Below are positions 20,709 through 30,185 of a stretch of DNA of 64,000 nucleotides, piece after piece. The notes under the pieces were generated by a model that was given only the letters and a program-made list of their open reading frames with translations, was not told where the DNA came from and made no database searches. The stretch lies in assembly GCA_036377915.1 (NCBI GenBank), contig DASUXL010000186.1, positions 3,168 to 67,167 on the forward strand. The letters are read 5' to 3'. The position numbers and the translations under genes are program-made. Position 1 is the first letter of the stretch. Each line of letters begins with the position of its first letter. Source of the DNA: Candidatus Limnocylindrales bacterium. GTDB lineage: Bacteria > Actinomycetota > Actinomycetes > Mycobacteriales > Micromonosporaceae.

Positions 20709-21665
20709 ATGCCAGGAGTGCCACCGACGCGTTTCGTATACCTGGGGCCGGAGAGCACCTTCACCGAGCAGGCCCTGCTGACGATCCCGGCCGCGGTGCG
20801 CGGCATCAGGACCCCGGCGCGCAGCGTGCCGGAGGCGCTTGACGCGGTGCGCGCCGGCGACGCCGATGCCGCGCTTGTGCCGTGGGAGAACTCGGTGGGC
20901 GGTGCGGTGGGGGTGAGCCTCGACGAGCTTGTCGACGGCGACCCCCTGGTGATCACGCGAGACGTGGTGATCCCGGTGGATTTCGTGCTTGCGGCGCACG
21001 CTCAGCAGAACCTGCAAGGGGTACGGACGATCGCGGCCCACCCACAGGCGTCTATCCAATGTAGAGGGTGGTTGCGGGCCAACCTGCCCGACGCGACCAT
21101 AATCGACGTGCTGTCCAACGGGGCGGCGGCGGCGAGCGCCGCGGACCGGGTCAACGACGCGGCGATCTGCGCGCCCATCGCCATCGAGCGGTTCGGGCTC
21201 AAGGTGCTCGCCGAGAAGATCGCCGACCATCCGGACGCGGTGACGCGTTTCGTGCTGCTGTCGCGGCCCGGCACGCCCCCGCCCGATCCCACCGGCGACG
21301 ACGTCACGTCGCTGGCGGTGTGGATTTCGCATGACCAGGTCGGGGCGTTGCTGGCGGTGCTGACCGAGCTGGCGGTCCGCGGGGTGAACCTCACCCGCAT
21401 CGAGTCGCGGCCGACCGGCGAACGCCTGGGGCGCTATGTGTTCTTCCTCGAGTGCACCGGCCACGTCGCCGAGGCGCGGGTCGGGGAAGCGTTGCAGGGC
21501 TTGCGGAGGATCTGTGCCGAGGTGCGCTTCCTCGGCTCCTACCCGCGTGCCACCCCGCCCGGCACGCCGGAAACGCCGGTACCGCCGCCGGCCGGTCTGT
21601 CCGATGTGGACTATGCCGACTCCGCCGCGTGGCTGGCTCGCCTGCGCCGCGGCCAGCTCACCTGA
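20709..21665 (+). CDS. pheA: Prephenate dehydratase
   Basis: YLGPESTFTE, VPWENS, TRF motif, ACT domain NLTRIESRP, FLGSYP. Confidence 0.95.
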   Translation: MPGVPPTRFVYLGPESTFTEQALLTIPAAVRGIRTPARSVPEALDAVRAGDADAALVPWENSVGGAVGVSLDELVDGDPLVITRDVVIPVDFVLAAHAQQNLQGVRTIAAHPQASIQCRGWLRANLPDATIIDVLSNGAAAASAADRVNDAAICAPIAIERFGLKVLAEKIADHPDAVTRFVLLSRPGTPPPDPTGDDVTSLAVWISHDQVGALLAVLTELAVRGVNLTRIESRPTGERLGRYVFFLECTGHVAEARVGEALQGLRRICAEVRFLGSYPRATPPGTPETPVPPPAGLSDVDYADSAAWLARLRRGQLT

Positions 21666-21677
21666 CGGGGGTGCGGA

Positions 21678-22031
21678 ATGCCGGTGGATATGAGCCCCGA
21701 ACGGTTTGAAGAGTTGGTCGGCGAAGCGCTCGACGAGGTACCCCCGGAATTAATGAAATTGATGTCAAATGTCGTCATCCTTGTCGAGGCGGAATCGCCG
21801 CCCGGCGACACCGAACTCCTTGGGCTGTATGAAGGTCACGCGCTGACCGAGCGAGGCTGGGACTACGCCGGGGTGTTGCCAGACCGGATAACAATTTTCA
21901 GAAAACCCATCCTCAGGCTCTGCGAGAACGAAGAAGAGGTGATCGAGGAGGTGGCTATAACTGTCGTACATGAGATAGCACACCACTTCGGGATATCCGA
22001 TGATCGCTTGCACGAACTGGGCTGGGACTGA
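21678..22031 (+). CDS. Zincin-like small metallopeptidase
   Basis: LLGLYEG, PDRITIFR, VVHEIAHHFG. Confidence 0.85.
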   Translation: MPVDMSPERFEELVGEALDEVPPELMKLMSNVVILVEAESPPGDTELLGLYEGHALTERGWDYAGVLPDRITIFRKPILRLCENEEEVIEEVAITVVHEIAHHFGISDDRLHELGWD

Positions 22032-22053
22032 GACCGACCGGAGGACACCCCTT

Positions 22054-22785
22054 ATGCAAAGCGCGCTTTTCGCCGCCGAAAACCTCGAAAAACAAACGAC
22101 CACCCCCGGGATGACCCTGCAAAACTCCAAGATGCTGAAGATTCAGCTCAACGGAGACTGCATGGCCCGCACCGGAGCCATGGTCGCGTACCAGGGCAAC
22201 GTGCAGTTCCAGGCGCTCGGCTCCGGCGGGGCGGCAAAATGGATCAAGAGCAAGCTCACCGGCGAGGGCGTGCCGTTGATGAAGCTGAGCGGCCAGGGCG
22301 ACGTGTTCCTCGCCGAACGCGCCTCCGACGTCCACCTGATCGACCTCGCCGCCGGGGATGCCTTGAGCGTCAACGGTTCCAACGTGCTCGCGTTCGAGTC
22401 GTCGCTCAACTACGACATCAAGATGGTCCAGGGCGTGGGCATGCTCTCCAGCGCCGGCCTGTTCAACTGCGTGTTCACCGGGCAGGGGCGGATCGCGATC
22501 ACGACGCAGGGCACGCCGGTGGTGCTCACCGTGGACCAGCCGACCTACGCCGACCCGCAGGCGGCGATCTGCTGGTCGGCGGGGCTGCAGACCGGGTACC
22601 ACCGGGCCGAGCAGCTGGGCATCGGCACGCTGCTGGGCCGCTCGACCGGTGAGGCGTTCACGATGAGCTTCTCCGGCCAGGGTTTCGTGGTGGTGCAGCC
22701 GTCGGAGGAGCCGCCCCACGGCATCGCCGGAGGCCAGCAACAGCAGCAGTCCGGCGGGATGCTGGGCGGCCTGCTCGGCGGCTGA
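22054..22785 (+). CDS. AIM24 family protein
   Basis: GAMVAYQG, GEGVPLM, NVLAFES, GEAFTMSFSGQGFVVVQPSE. Confidence 0.85.
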   Translation: MQSALFAAENLEKQTTTPGMTLQNSKMLKIQLNGDCMARTGAMVAYQGNVQFQALGSGGAAKWIKSKLTGEGVPLMKLSGQGDVFLAERASDVHLIDLAAGDALSVNGSNVLAFESSLNYDIKMVQGVGMLSSAGLFNCVFTGQGRIAITTQGTPVVLTVDQPTYADPQAAICWSAGLQTGYHRAEQLGIGTLLGRSTGEAFTMSFSGQGFVVVQPSEEPPHGIAGGQQQQQSGGMLGGLLGG

Positions 22786-22847
22786 TTCTCCCCACAAGTG
22801 GGGTGCAACTACTACGATGCTTGCACCCCACGCGTTTTGGAGCGCCC

Positions 22848-23558
22848 ATGTCCGAGGACCTCGTCGAGTTCGGCTCGTCCCCCACCCCCAAGCCAAAGCC
22901 CAAGGTGGCGCGCACGCGCATCAGCTGGGCCAGGCCGCCGTGGCTGACCCGACACCCGCTGCTGCCCACGGCCGCCCTTGGCGTAACCCTGGCCGCGGCC
23001 TCGCTGTTCGGCCCGTGGCAGAAGGTCATGCCGAGTGCGGAGCAGCTGCGCAACCAGCCCGACTTCCAGCAGCAACAGCAGCAGGTCCTGGTGGGCTCGC
23101 TGGTGAGTTTGGGAACGTATGGTTCTGCATTCCTGCTCACCCTGTTCGCGGCGGTCACCGCGGTCGCCCTTCTTTTTTATGGAAATCAGGGGGTACGGGC
23201 AACCGCGCGCCTGATCGGGATGGTGCTCTGCGCCGCCAATACGATCCTGCTCGCCTCCACCGCCCAGGCGCTGAGCAAGGGTGCCGGCATCGACAACACG
23301 TTCTTCTACTTCGACGCGATCAACCGGGAACAGCTGATCATCTCCCTTGAGTGGGGGGTCTACGCGGCCTTCGGTGGTGTCATCGCTCTGGGCGTGGTGC
23401 TGATCCTGGCCAAGCCCGACCGGGCGACGGTCGAACAGGAGGACGAAACCGTTGGCGAGCAAGGGGATCTCGGCGGTGAACCGGACGGCGACGATGACGG
23501 CGTCATCGACCTGAGCGTCAGTGTCCACCCGGTAGGGAAACAGGTTGCGGCCGGTTGA
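22848..23558 (+). CDS. Membrane protein, about 4 TM, acidic C-terminus
   Basis: Hydrophobic segments; no recognised motif. Confidence 0.65.
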   Translation: MSEDLVEFGSSPTPKPKPKVARTRISWARPPWLTRHPLLPTAALGVTLAAASLFGPWQKVMPSAEQLRNQPDFQQQQQQVLVGSLVSLGTYGSAFLLTLFAAVTAVALLFYGNQGVRATARLIGMVLCAANTILLASTAQALSKGAGIDNTFFYFDAINREQLIISLEWGVYAAFGGVIALGVVLILAKPDRATVEQEDETVGEQGDLGGEPDGDDDGVIDLSVSVHPVGKQVAAG

Positions 23559-23582
23559 ACCCGAGCCGGTACGCTTCAATGC

Positions 23583-24839
23583 GTGATTGATCTGCGCCTG
23601 CTCCGTGAGGATCCCGACCTGGTTAGAACCAGCCAGCGGATGCGCGGCGAGTCCGTCGACGCCGTCGACGAACTGCTGCGCGCCGACGAGGCGAGGCGGT
23701 CGGCTGTCTCCTCCTTCGAGGCGCTGCGCGCCGAGCAGAAGCAGCTGGGCAAGCGCATGCCCAAGGCCACCGGCGAGGAAAAGGTGGCCCTGCTGGCGCA
23801 GACCAAAGAACTCTCGGACAGGGTCAAGGCGGCCGAGGCGGCGGTGAGCGCCGCCGAGGCGCGGCTGCGCGAGGCGCACCTGGCCGTGCCCAACGTGGTC
23901 GAGGAGGGCGCCCCGGCCGGCGGCGAGGACGACTATGTCGTGCTGCGCGAGGTCGGCGACCTGCCCGTGATCGACAACCCGAAGGATCACCTGGCGATCG
24001 GCGAAGGGCTGCGCGCCATCGATGTCGAGCGCGGCGCGAAGGTTTCCGGAGCCCGCTTCTACTACCTGACCGGCCAGGGCGCGCTGCTCCAGCTCGCGAT
24101 GCTGCAGCTTGGGCTCGCGCACGCCATCGAGCACGGCCTCACCCCGATGATCCCGCCGGTGCTGGTCAAGCAGGAGGCGATGGAGGGCACCGGTTTCCTC
24201 GGGGCGCATTCGAGCGAGGTCTACTACCTGCCGGCAGACGAGCTTTATCTGGTGGGCACGAGCGAGGTGAGCCTCGCGGGGTACCACATGAACGAGATCC
24301 TGAATATCGACGCCCCGCTGCGCTACGCCGGATGGTCGAGCTGCTTCCGCCGCGAGGCGGGCAGCTACGGCAAGGACACCCGCGGCATCATCCGCGTGCA
24401 CCAGTTCGACAAGGTGGAGATGTTCGCGTTCAGCCCGCCGGACCAGGCGCACGAGGAGCACAAGCGGCTGCTGGCGGTCGAGGAGGGGTTCCTCGGCAAG
24501 CTGGAGCTGGCGTACAGGGTGATCGATGTGGCGGCCGGGGATCTGGGTTCGTCGGCGGCCCGCAAGTACGACTGCGAGGCGTGGCTGCCGTCGCAGGGCA
24601 GGTATCGCGAGGTCACCTCGGCCTCCAACTGCACCACGTTCCAGGCGAGGCGGCTCAACGTGCGTCACCGAGACGCCGAAGGCAAGCCCCAGCACGTGGC
24701 CACGCTCAACGGCACCCTGTCGACGACCCGCATGATGGTCCCGCTGCTCGAACAGCACCAGCAGCCCGACGGTTCGGTGCGCGTGCCCAAGGCCCTTCAG
24801 TCGTACCTCGGTGGACGTGACGTACTTGAACCTGCCTAA
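23583..24839 (+). CDS. serS: Serine--tRNA ligase
   Basis: N-terminal coiled coil, [33 protein letters not shown]. Confidence 0.97.
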   Translation: MIDLRLLREDPDLVRTSQRMRGESVDAVDELLRADEARRSAVSSFEALRAEQKQLGKRMPKATGEEKVALLAQTKELSDRVKAAEAAVSAAEARLREAHLAVPNVVEEGAPAGGEDDYVVLREVGDLPVIDNPKDHLAIGEGLRAIDVERGAKVSGARFYYLTGQGALLQLAMLQLGLAHAIEHGLTPMIPPVLVKQEAMEGTGFLGAHSSEVYYLPADELYLVGTSEVSLAGYHMNEILNIDAPLRYAGWSSCFRREAGSYGKDTRGIIRVHQFDKVEMFAFSPPDQAHEEHKRLLAVEEGFLGKLELAYRVIDVAAGDLGSSAARKYDCEAWLPSQGRYREVTSASNCTTFQARRLNVRHRDAEGKPQHVATLNGTLSTTRMMVPLLEQHQQPDGSVRVPKALQSYLGGRDVLEPA

Positions 24840-25650
24840 ATTGGTGGCGACCGATCTCGACGGCACCATCGTCAGGTCGGACGAGACGGTCAGCGGCTTC
24901 ACCCACGCGGTTTTCGACCGGGTCCGCGCGGCGGGCATCCCCATCGTGGGCTGCACCGGGCGCGGACCCCGGCTGGAGGCGTTGAGCCGCGGCGACCTTC
25001 CCCACGCCGACATGCTGGTGCTGGGTCAGGGCAGCCGGGTGGTGGACCTGCGCGACCCGGGTTCGCCGCGAGTCCTTCGGGACGCCCGCGTCCCCGGTTC
25101 GGTGATCGCCGCGCTGGTCGACCGGCTGGAGCGGCGGCTGGGCCCGATCAAGGTGCTGGTCGAGGCGCTCGATGGGGAGCGGGATCCGCTGTGGGGCGAC
25201 GGCGGCGTGGCGGACTGGCCGTACCCGGACGATCTCGTGGTCCAGGATCGGGCGATCTCCCTGCGGCACGATGTGATCAAGGCTTTTCTGCGCGCGCCCG
25301 ACGGTGATCTGGACGCGCTGCTCGCCGTCGCGGACGAGCTGATCCCCACCGATGTGGTGGCCCTGACCCACTCCGGTCTGGGTTGGATCGAGGTCTCCCC
25401 GCCCGACGTGGACAAGGGGACGGGCCTGGCGATCGTCGCCGCCGAGCTGGGGATCGACGCGGCCGAGGTACTCGTCTTTGGCGACATGCCCAACGACATC
25501 CCGATGTTCAAGTGGGCGGGCTGGCGCCGGGTCGCCGTCGAAAACGCCCACCCGGCCCTGATGGCCCTCGCCGACGAGGTCACGCTCTCGGTCGAGCGCG
25601 ACGGCGTCGCCGTCTATCTCGACTCTCTCCTCAAATCGGAACGCGCATAG
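24811..25650 (+). CDS. Cof-type HAD hydrolase
   Basis: DLDGT, TGR, VDKGTG, FGDMPND. Confidence 0.88.
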   Translation: MDVTYLNLPKLVATDLDGTIVRSDETVSGFTHAVFDRVRAAGIPIVGCTGRGPRLEALSRGDLPHADMLVLGQGSRVVDLRDPGSPRVLRDARVPGSVIAALVDRLERRLGPIKVLVEALDGERDPLWGDGGVADWPYPDDLVVQDRAISLRHDVIKAFLRAPDGDLDALLAVADELIPTDVVALTHSGLGWIEVSPPDVDKGTGLAIVAAELGIDAAEVLVFGDMPNDIPMFKWAGWRRVAVENAHPALMALADEVTLSVERDGVAVYLDSLLKSERA

Positions 25651-25657
25651 AATTGCC

Positions 25658-25770
25658 GCGATCGCCCGGCGGTGACATCCTGACGATCTTTGATCCACGA
25701 AGTGGTCAAGATCGGGCTTGGATGTCAGCGCCTTTCAGGGGCGATCGCACGCGCGTTGCTTCGCACGCGC
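25658..25770. repeat. Intergenic long-hairpin element, copy E3, plus terminal 20-nt hairpin; likely also a bidirectional terminator
   Basis: Stems gcgatcgccc 25658-67/25739-48, tgacatcc 25673-80/25720-27, cgatctt 25684-90/25708-14; gcgcgttgcttcgcacgcgc at 25751-70. Confidence 0.7.
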
Positions 25771-26301
25771 TCAGAGGTACTGCCCCGGGGTCTTGCCGCC
25801 GTCTTGCGGGGAGACCGGTCCGGCAAGGCCGGGCGGGAGGGCGCGGTGGCCGCCGCGCATCTGCTCAAGCTGCATCCGGGCCGCCATCTGCTGCGCCACC
25901 AGCGCCGCCTGGATGCCGTGGAACAGGCCCTCCAGCCAGCCGACCAGCTGGGCCTGCGCGACCCGCAGCTCCGCCTCGCTCGGGGTCGAGCCCTCGGTGA
26001 ACTCGGTGGAGATCCGCTCCAGCTCCTGGCGCAGCTCGGGCGCGAGGCCGTCCTCCAACTCGACGATCGACTTGCGGTGGATCTCGACGAGCCGCTCCCG
26101 GCCGGCCTCGTCCAGCGGCGCCGAGCGCACCTCCTCGAGCAGCTGTTTGATCATGGTGCCGATGCGCATCACCTTTGCCGGCTGCTCGATCAGGCGGGAT
26201 GGGTCGTCGTCGCGTTCGCTTACCGCGCCGATCGGTGCGCCGTCCGGCCCCACTACGACGACGGTCTTCTCCTCGGGCTGCTGCTCTGTCACGTTGGCCA
26301 T
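25771..26301 (-). CDS. bpa: Bacterial proteasome activator Bpa/PafE
   Basis: EQPAKVMRIGTMIKQLLEEV, ELRVAQAQLVGWLEGLFHGIQ, C-terminal GQYL; true start may be GTG 26292 (TAGGAT-N7-GTG). Confidence 0.93.
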   Translation of the reverse strand: MANVTEQQPEEKTVVVVGPDGAPIGAVSERDDDPSRLIEQPAKVMRIGTMIKQLLEEVRSAPLDEAGRERLVEIHRKSIVELEDGLAPELRQELERISTEFTEGSTPSEAELRVAQAQLVGWLEGLFHGIQAALVAQQMAARMQLEQMRGGHRALPPGLAGPVSPQDGGKTPGQYL

Positions 26302-26430
26302 CCTACTGAGCCGATCTAAGATCATCCCAAGAAGCGGGTTGCCCTACTTCCGCCATTGACGCGTGCGGCCGGTACAGGGTAGAACGCCTCAGTGGCCATA
26401 TCTCGGCCACATTGCCCTGGGAGGGACACA

Positions 26431-27597
26431 ATGGACCCGCTCGACAGACGCAAGCTGCTCCGGCTGGTGGGAGGCCTCGGTGCCGCCGGGGTCAGCGCAA
26501 GCCTGTCCGCTTGCGTCTCGGCCGCCACCTCTGATCCCAAGAGCTCTGTCCGGATTGGACTCCTGGTCCCCGCGACCGGTGCCAACAAGGCGATCGGTGG
26601 CGACCTCGAGAACGGGTTCAAGCTGTACCTGGAGACCCACGCCAACCAGCTCGCCGGGCACCGGGTGGATCTGGTGATCGAGGACGAGGGGGACTCGGTC
26701 GCCCAGGGCACCGAGGCCCTCAAACGCCTGCACGGGCAAAACGTCGTCGCCGTCGCCGGCGTCGCCAACGCCGAACTGCTGCGCGACACCCGGGACCTGG
26801 TGGAAAAGAGCCAGATCCCGCTGCTCGCCGCCCACGGCACCCTGTCGGAGATGGCAAGTGCCGTGTACATCTGGCGCACGGCGTACCTCAACAACGAGCC
26901 CGGCCGCGCCGTCGGCCAGTACCTCAAGGACAAAGGCAGGACGGCCCTGGTCGGCCTGCAGGACGCCGTCGGCGCCGACATCGCCAGCGGCTTCAGCAAC
27001 GACAACCCCAACGCCGTCGGCCCGATCTGGGTTCCGGCCACCAACACCCCCAACGAGAACCACCTCTCCAACGCGGTCGACCGGGTGCTCTCCTCGTCGG
27101 CGGTGAACATCTTCAGCTGGCTGCCCGCCAACTACCTGATCCCGTTCATCAAGCAGCTGCCGGCCAGGAAGTACCCCATCTACGCGCCCGGCCTGGTCTC
27201 CGAGGGAGCGGCGATCGACCAGCTCGGCGCGGCAAACGGGCTGTTCACGGCGATGCAGTACTCGGCGGACCTGAACAACGCGGCCAACCGGGCCTTCTCG
27301 TCGCTGTTCCAGACGCGGTACCAGCGCTCCCCCACCGCGTTCGCGGTCTCCGCCTACGACGCGGCCGCCGTGCTCGACAGCGCCATCGCGCTGATCGTCG
27401 ACGGTGCGGTCACGTCGCAACGGCTCAACCTGGAGATCGCCAACGTCGGTCAGGTCGTAAGCCCGCGCGGCAACTGGCAGTTCACGCAGGCCCGTGCCCC
27501 GCAGCAGAAGTGGTACCTGCGCCAGATCCGCCCCGACGGCCCGATCCTGGCCAACGTTCTGGTCAGTGAGCTGTCGACACTCGCCTCGATCGGTTAG
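26431..27597 (+). CDS. Branched-chain amino acid-type substrate-binding lipoprotein (Tat signal)
   Basis: DRRKLL twin-Arg signal, lipobox LSAC, IGLLVPATG, AYDAA, SPRG.W. Confidence 0.85.
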   Translation: MDPLDRRKLLRLVGGLGAAGVSASLSACVSAATSDPKSSVRIGLLVPATGANKAIGGDLENGFKLYLETHANQLAGHRVDLVIEDEGDSVAQGTEALKRLHGQNVVAVAGVANAELLRDTRDLVEKSQIPLLAAHGTLSEMASAVYIWRTAYLNNEPGRAVGQYLKDKGRTALVGLQDAVGADIASGFSNDNPNAVGPIWVPATNTPNENHLSNAVDRVLSSSAVNIFSWLPANYLIPFIKQLPARKYPIYAPGLVSEGAAIDQLGAANGLFTAMQYSADLNNAANRAFSSLFQTRYQRSPTAFAVSAYDAAAVLDSAIALIVDGAVTSQRLNLEIANVGQVVSPRGNWQFTQARAPQQKWYLRQIRPDGPILANVLVSELSTLASIG

Positions 27598-27643
27598 GCG
27601 AACCGCTGTGCCGGCCGTGAAGAGCTGCGCTTAAGCTCGGCTG

Positions 27644-28075
27644 GTGCAGCTCGACGGCGTTGACCAACAGATCATCGCGGCTCTGGTGAGTGACGCGCGC
27701 ACGACCTATGCCGAGATCGGCCAGGAGGTGTCGCTGTCGGCACCGGCCGTGAAGCGGCGCGTGGACCGGCTCCGGTCCCTCGGCGTGATCAAGGGCTTTA
27801 CCGCGGTTGTCGACCCGAAGGCGGTCGGCTGGACGACGGAGGCTTTCGTCGAACTGTTCTGCACCGGGCGGACAACGCCGGCGCAGATCGACGTGGCGAC
27901 CAGGCGTCACCCGGAGGTGGTCGGCGCGTACACGGTTTCGGGCGAGGCGGACGCGCTGGTGCACCTGCGGGCGGCGGACATCCAGCATCTGGAGCAGGTG
28001 CTGGAGCGGCTGCGCGCGGAGCCGTTCATCACCTCCACCCGCAGCATGATCGTTCTCTCACGGCTAGGGAACTGA
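27644..28075 (+). CDS. Lrp/AsnC family regulator
   Basis: DARTTYAEIG..VSLSAPAVKRRV..L...GVI.GF. Confidence 0.9.
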   Translation: MQLDGVDQQIIAALVSDARTTYAEIGQEVSLSAPAVKRRVDRLRSLGVIKGFTAVVDPKAVGWTTEAFVELFCTGRTTPAQIDVATRRHPEVVGAYTVSGEADALVHLRAADIQHLEQVLERLRAEPFITSTRSMIVLSRLGN

Positions 28076-28093
28076 AGCCGGGGTGCGGGCGTC
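28068..28093 (+). promoter_or_regulatory. Candidate ECF-sigma promoter
   Basis: GGAAC-N17-CGTC ending 9 nt before the ATG at 28103. Confidence 0.45.
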
Positions 28094-28102
28094 CAACCGC
28101 GC

Positions 28103-29992
28103 ATGAGACGTGCCTTAGCCATCCTCACCGCGTTCGCGCTGGTGGGTTGCACGAATATCGCGGACAAGGAGGGCGACGTCAACCGTCCGGCGCCGGCCTT
28201 CAAGCTGGTTTCGTACCAGTCCTGTGACGAGTTGCTCGCCTCGCTGAAGGCGGCCGCCAAGCGCAGCGTCGGCCCCAACGGGTTCGGCGCCGGCGGCGAC
28301 GGGGTGCTCCAGTTCTCCGCCCCGGAGGCGGCGACCGGCGCCCGGGCCGCTGACAGCGCACCGGGCGCGGCCAAGGCGCCCGAGCCGGTACAGGGTCAGG
28401 ACTTCTCCGGCACCAACACGCACGAGGTCGGCGTGGACGAGCCCGACATGGTCAAGACCGATGGCAAGCGCATCGTCATCGCCATCAACAACTGGCTGCA
28501 CGTGCTCGACGCGGACACCAAGCGCGAGATCGGCCGGTTGCAACTGGAGGCGGGCGCGCAGAACGTGCTGATGCACCGCGACCGGGTGCTGGTGATCGGC
28601 CCCGAGCAGTACATGAAGCCGCAGGACACCATCGACACCGCCAAGCGGTACAGCCCGAGCACGCTCCTGCAGCTGATCGACATCAAGGGTGAGCCGAAGG
28701 TGGTCAGCGAGACCTCCATCGAGGGGTATTTCGTTGACGCGCGCCAGATCGGCGGCGTGGTCCGGGCGGTGGTTCGCAGTACGCCCGAGATCCAGTTCCC
28801 GCGCGGCACGCAGCGCCGCAACCCGACCACCGCCGACCGGGTCGCCGACAACCGCAGCGCCATCGACGCCGCGACGATCGACGCGTGGCTTCCGCAGATC
28901 ACGGTCGACGGCAAGTCCAAGCGGGTCGACTGCTCCGACCTGAACCTGCCCGAGGAGTACAGCGCCGCCTCACTGGTGACCCTTGCCAGCTTCGACCTCG
29001 GCGCGTCGACGCTGTCCGACGGCGACCCGATCACGGTGGCGGCCGACGGCAACACGGTCTACGGCAGCGGTGCCAACCTTTACCTGGCGCACGACCAGAG
29101 CTGGCGAGGCTGGAACCTGGAAGGCTGGAACCAGGGGCGCGACACCGCGCCGCGCACCGACCTGTTCCAGTTCGACATCACCAAACCCAAGCCGGTGTAT
29201 GTCGCCGCCGGCCGGGTGCCGGGCTGGCTGCTCAACCAGTACTCGCTCAGCGAGCACGACAAGGTGCTGCGGGTTGCGACGACCCAGTCGCCGCCGTGGC
29301 GCACCAACGAGAAGTCCTCGTCGTCGGTGTACACGCTGCGCCAGGAAGGCGGGACGCTCAAGCAGATCGGTGAGGTGGGCGGCCTGGGCAAGGGCGAGCG
29401 CATCTATGCGGTGCGGTTCGTGGGGACGGTGGGTTACGTCGTGACCTTCCGCCGGACCGACCCGCTTTACACGCTTGACCTGGGCGATCCGGCCAAACCG
29501 AAGGTGCTGGGCGAGCTGAAGATCCCCGGCTACAGCGCCTATCTGCATCCGGTCGGCCAGAGCAGGCTGGTGGGTGTGGGTCAGGATGCCGATGATCGGG
29601 GGCGTGTATCCGGTACCCAGATAAGCCTCTTCGATGTCGGAAACCTCGCGGATCCGCAGCGTCTCGACCAACATAAGATCGCCCGGTCGTACAGCGAGGC
29701 GGAGAACGACCCGCACGCGTTCCTGTACTGGCCGGCGACCAAGCTGCTCGTGGTGCCGGTGACCGGCTACCGCTCGTCGCAGTACGGCGCGCTGCTGCTG
29801 CGCGTGGACGATCGCAAGCTGACCGAGCTGGGCATGGTCAGCCACGACGACGGGAAGCGGTCGTATCTGGGCCAGATCCGGCGCAGCCTGATCATCGGCG
29901 ACGTGCTGTGGACCATCTCCCACGGGGCCGCGAAGGCGTCCACTTTGGACGGCTCCCGCGACCTAGCCACCCTGGAACTACAAGACCTGTAA
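28103..29992 (+). CDS. Beta-propeller domain lipoprotein
   Basis: Lipobox LVGC; FSGTNTHEVGVDEPDMVKTDG, LLNQYSLSE, GERIYAVRF, DPLYTLDL, GELKIPGYSAYLHP. Confidence 0.85.
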   Translation: MRRALAILTAFALVGCTNIADKEGDVNRPAPAFKLVSYQSCDELLASLKAAAKRSVGPNGFGAGGDGVLQFSAPEAATGARAADSAPGAAKAPEPVQGQDFSGTNTHEVGVDEPDMVKTDGKRIVIAINNWLHVLDADTKREIGRLQLEAGAQNVLMHRDRVLVIGPEQYMKPQDTIDTAKRYSPSTLLQLIDIKGEPKVVSETSIEGYFVDARQIGGVVRAVVRSTPEIQFPRGTQRRNPTTADRVADNRSAIDAATIDAWLPQITVDGKSKRVDCSDLNLPEEYSAASLVTLASFDLGASTLSDGDPITVAADGNTVYGSGANLYLAHDQSWRGWNLEGWNQGRDTAPRTDLFQFDITKPKPVYVAAGRVPGWLLNQYSLSEHDKVLRVATTQSPPWRTNEKSSSSVYTLRQEGGTLKQIGEVGGLGKGERIYAVRFVGTVGYVVTFRRTDPLYTLDLGDPAKPKVLGELKIPGYSAYLHPVGQSRLVGVGQDADDRGRVSGTQISLFDVGNLADPQRLDQHKIARSYSEAENDPHAFLYWPATKLLVVPVTGYRSSQYGALLLRVDDRKLTELGMVSHDDGKRSYLGQIRRSLIIGDVLWTISHGAAKASTLDGSRDLATLELQDL

Positions 29993-29995
29993 AAA

Positions 29996-30180
29996 GCATT
30001 GCCGCCGCCGGCCGATGGTGCGTAATCGCGTGTGGCGGGCCGCAGGCCCGACATCTCCGATTGCGCACTTTCGGCGTTCGGGATCTGATCATCTGGCAAA
30101 CACGCTTTTTCGTTTGCCAGATGATCAGGCACGATCGTCGGCTCCCCAGGCGGCAATGCCGCGCGTTGCTTTGCACGCGC
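29996..30180. repeat. Intergenic long-hairpin element, copy E2 (extra arm), plus terminal 20-nt hairpin
   Basis: Outer stem gcattgccgcc 29996-30006/30149-59; 17-bp stem 30085-101/30112-128; arm 30011-75; gcgcgttgctttgcacgcgc at 30161-80. Confidence 0.75.
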
Positions 30181-30185
30181 CAGAA

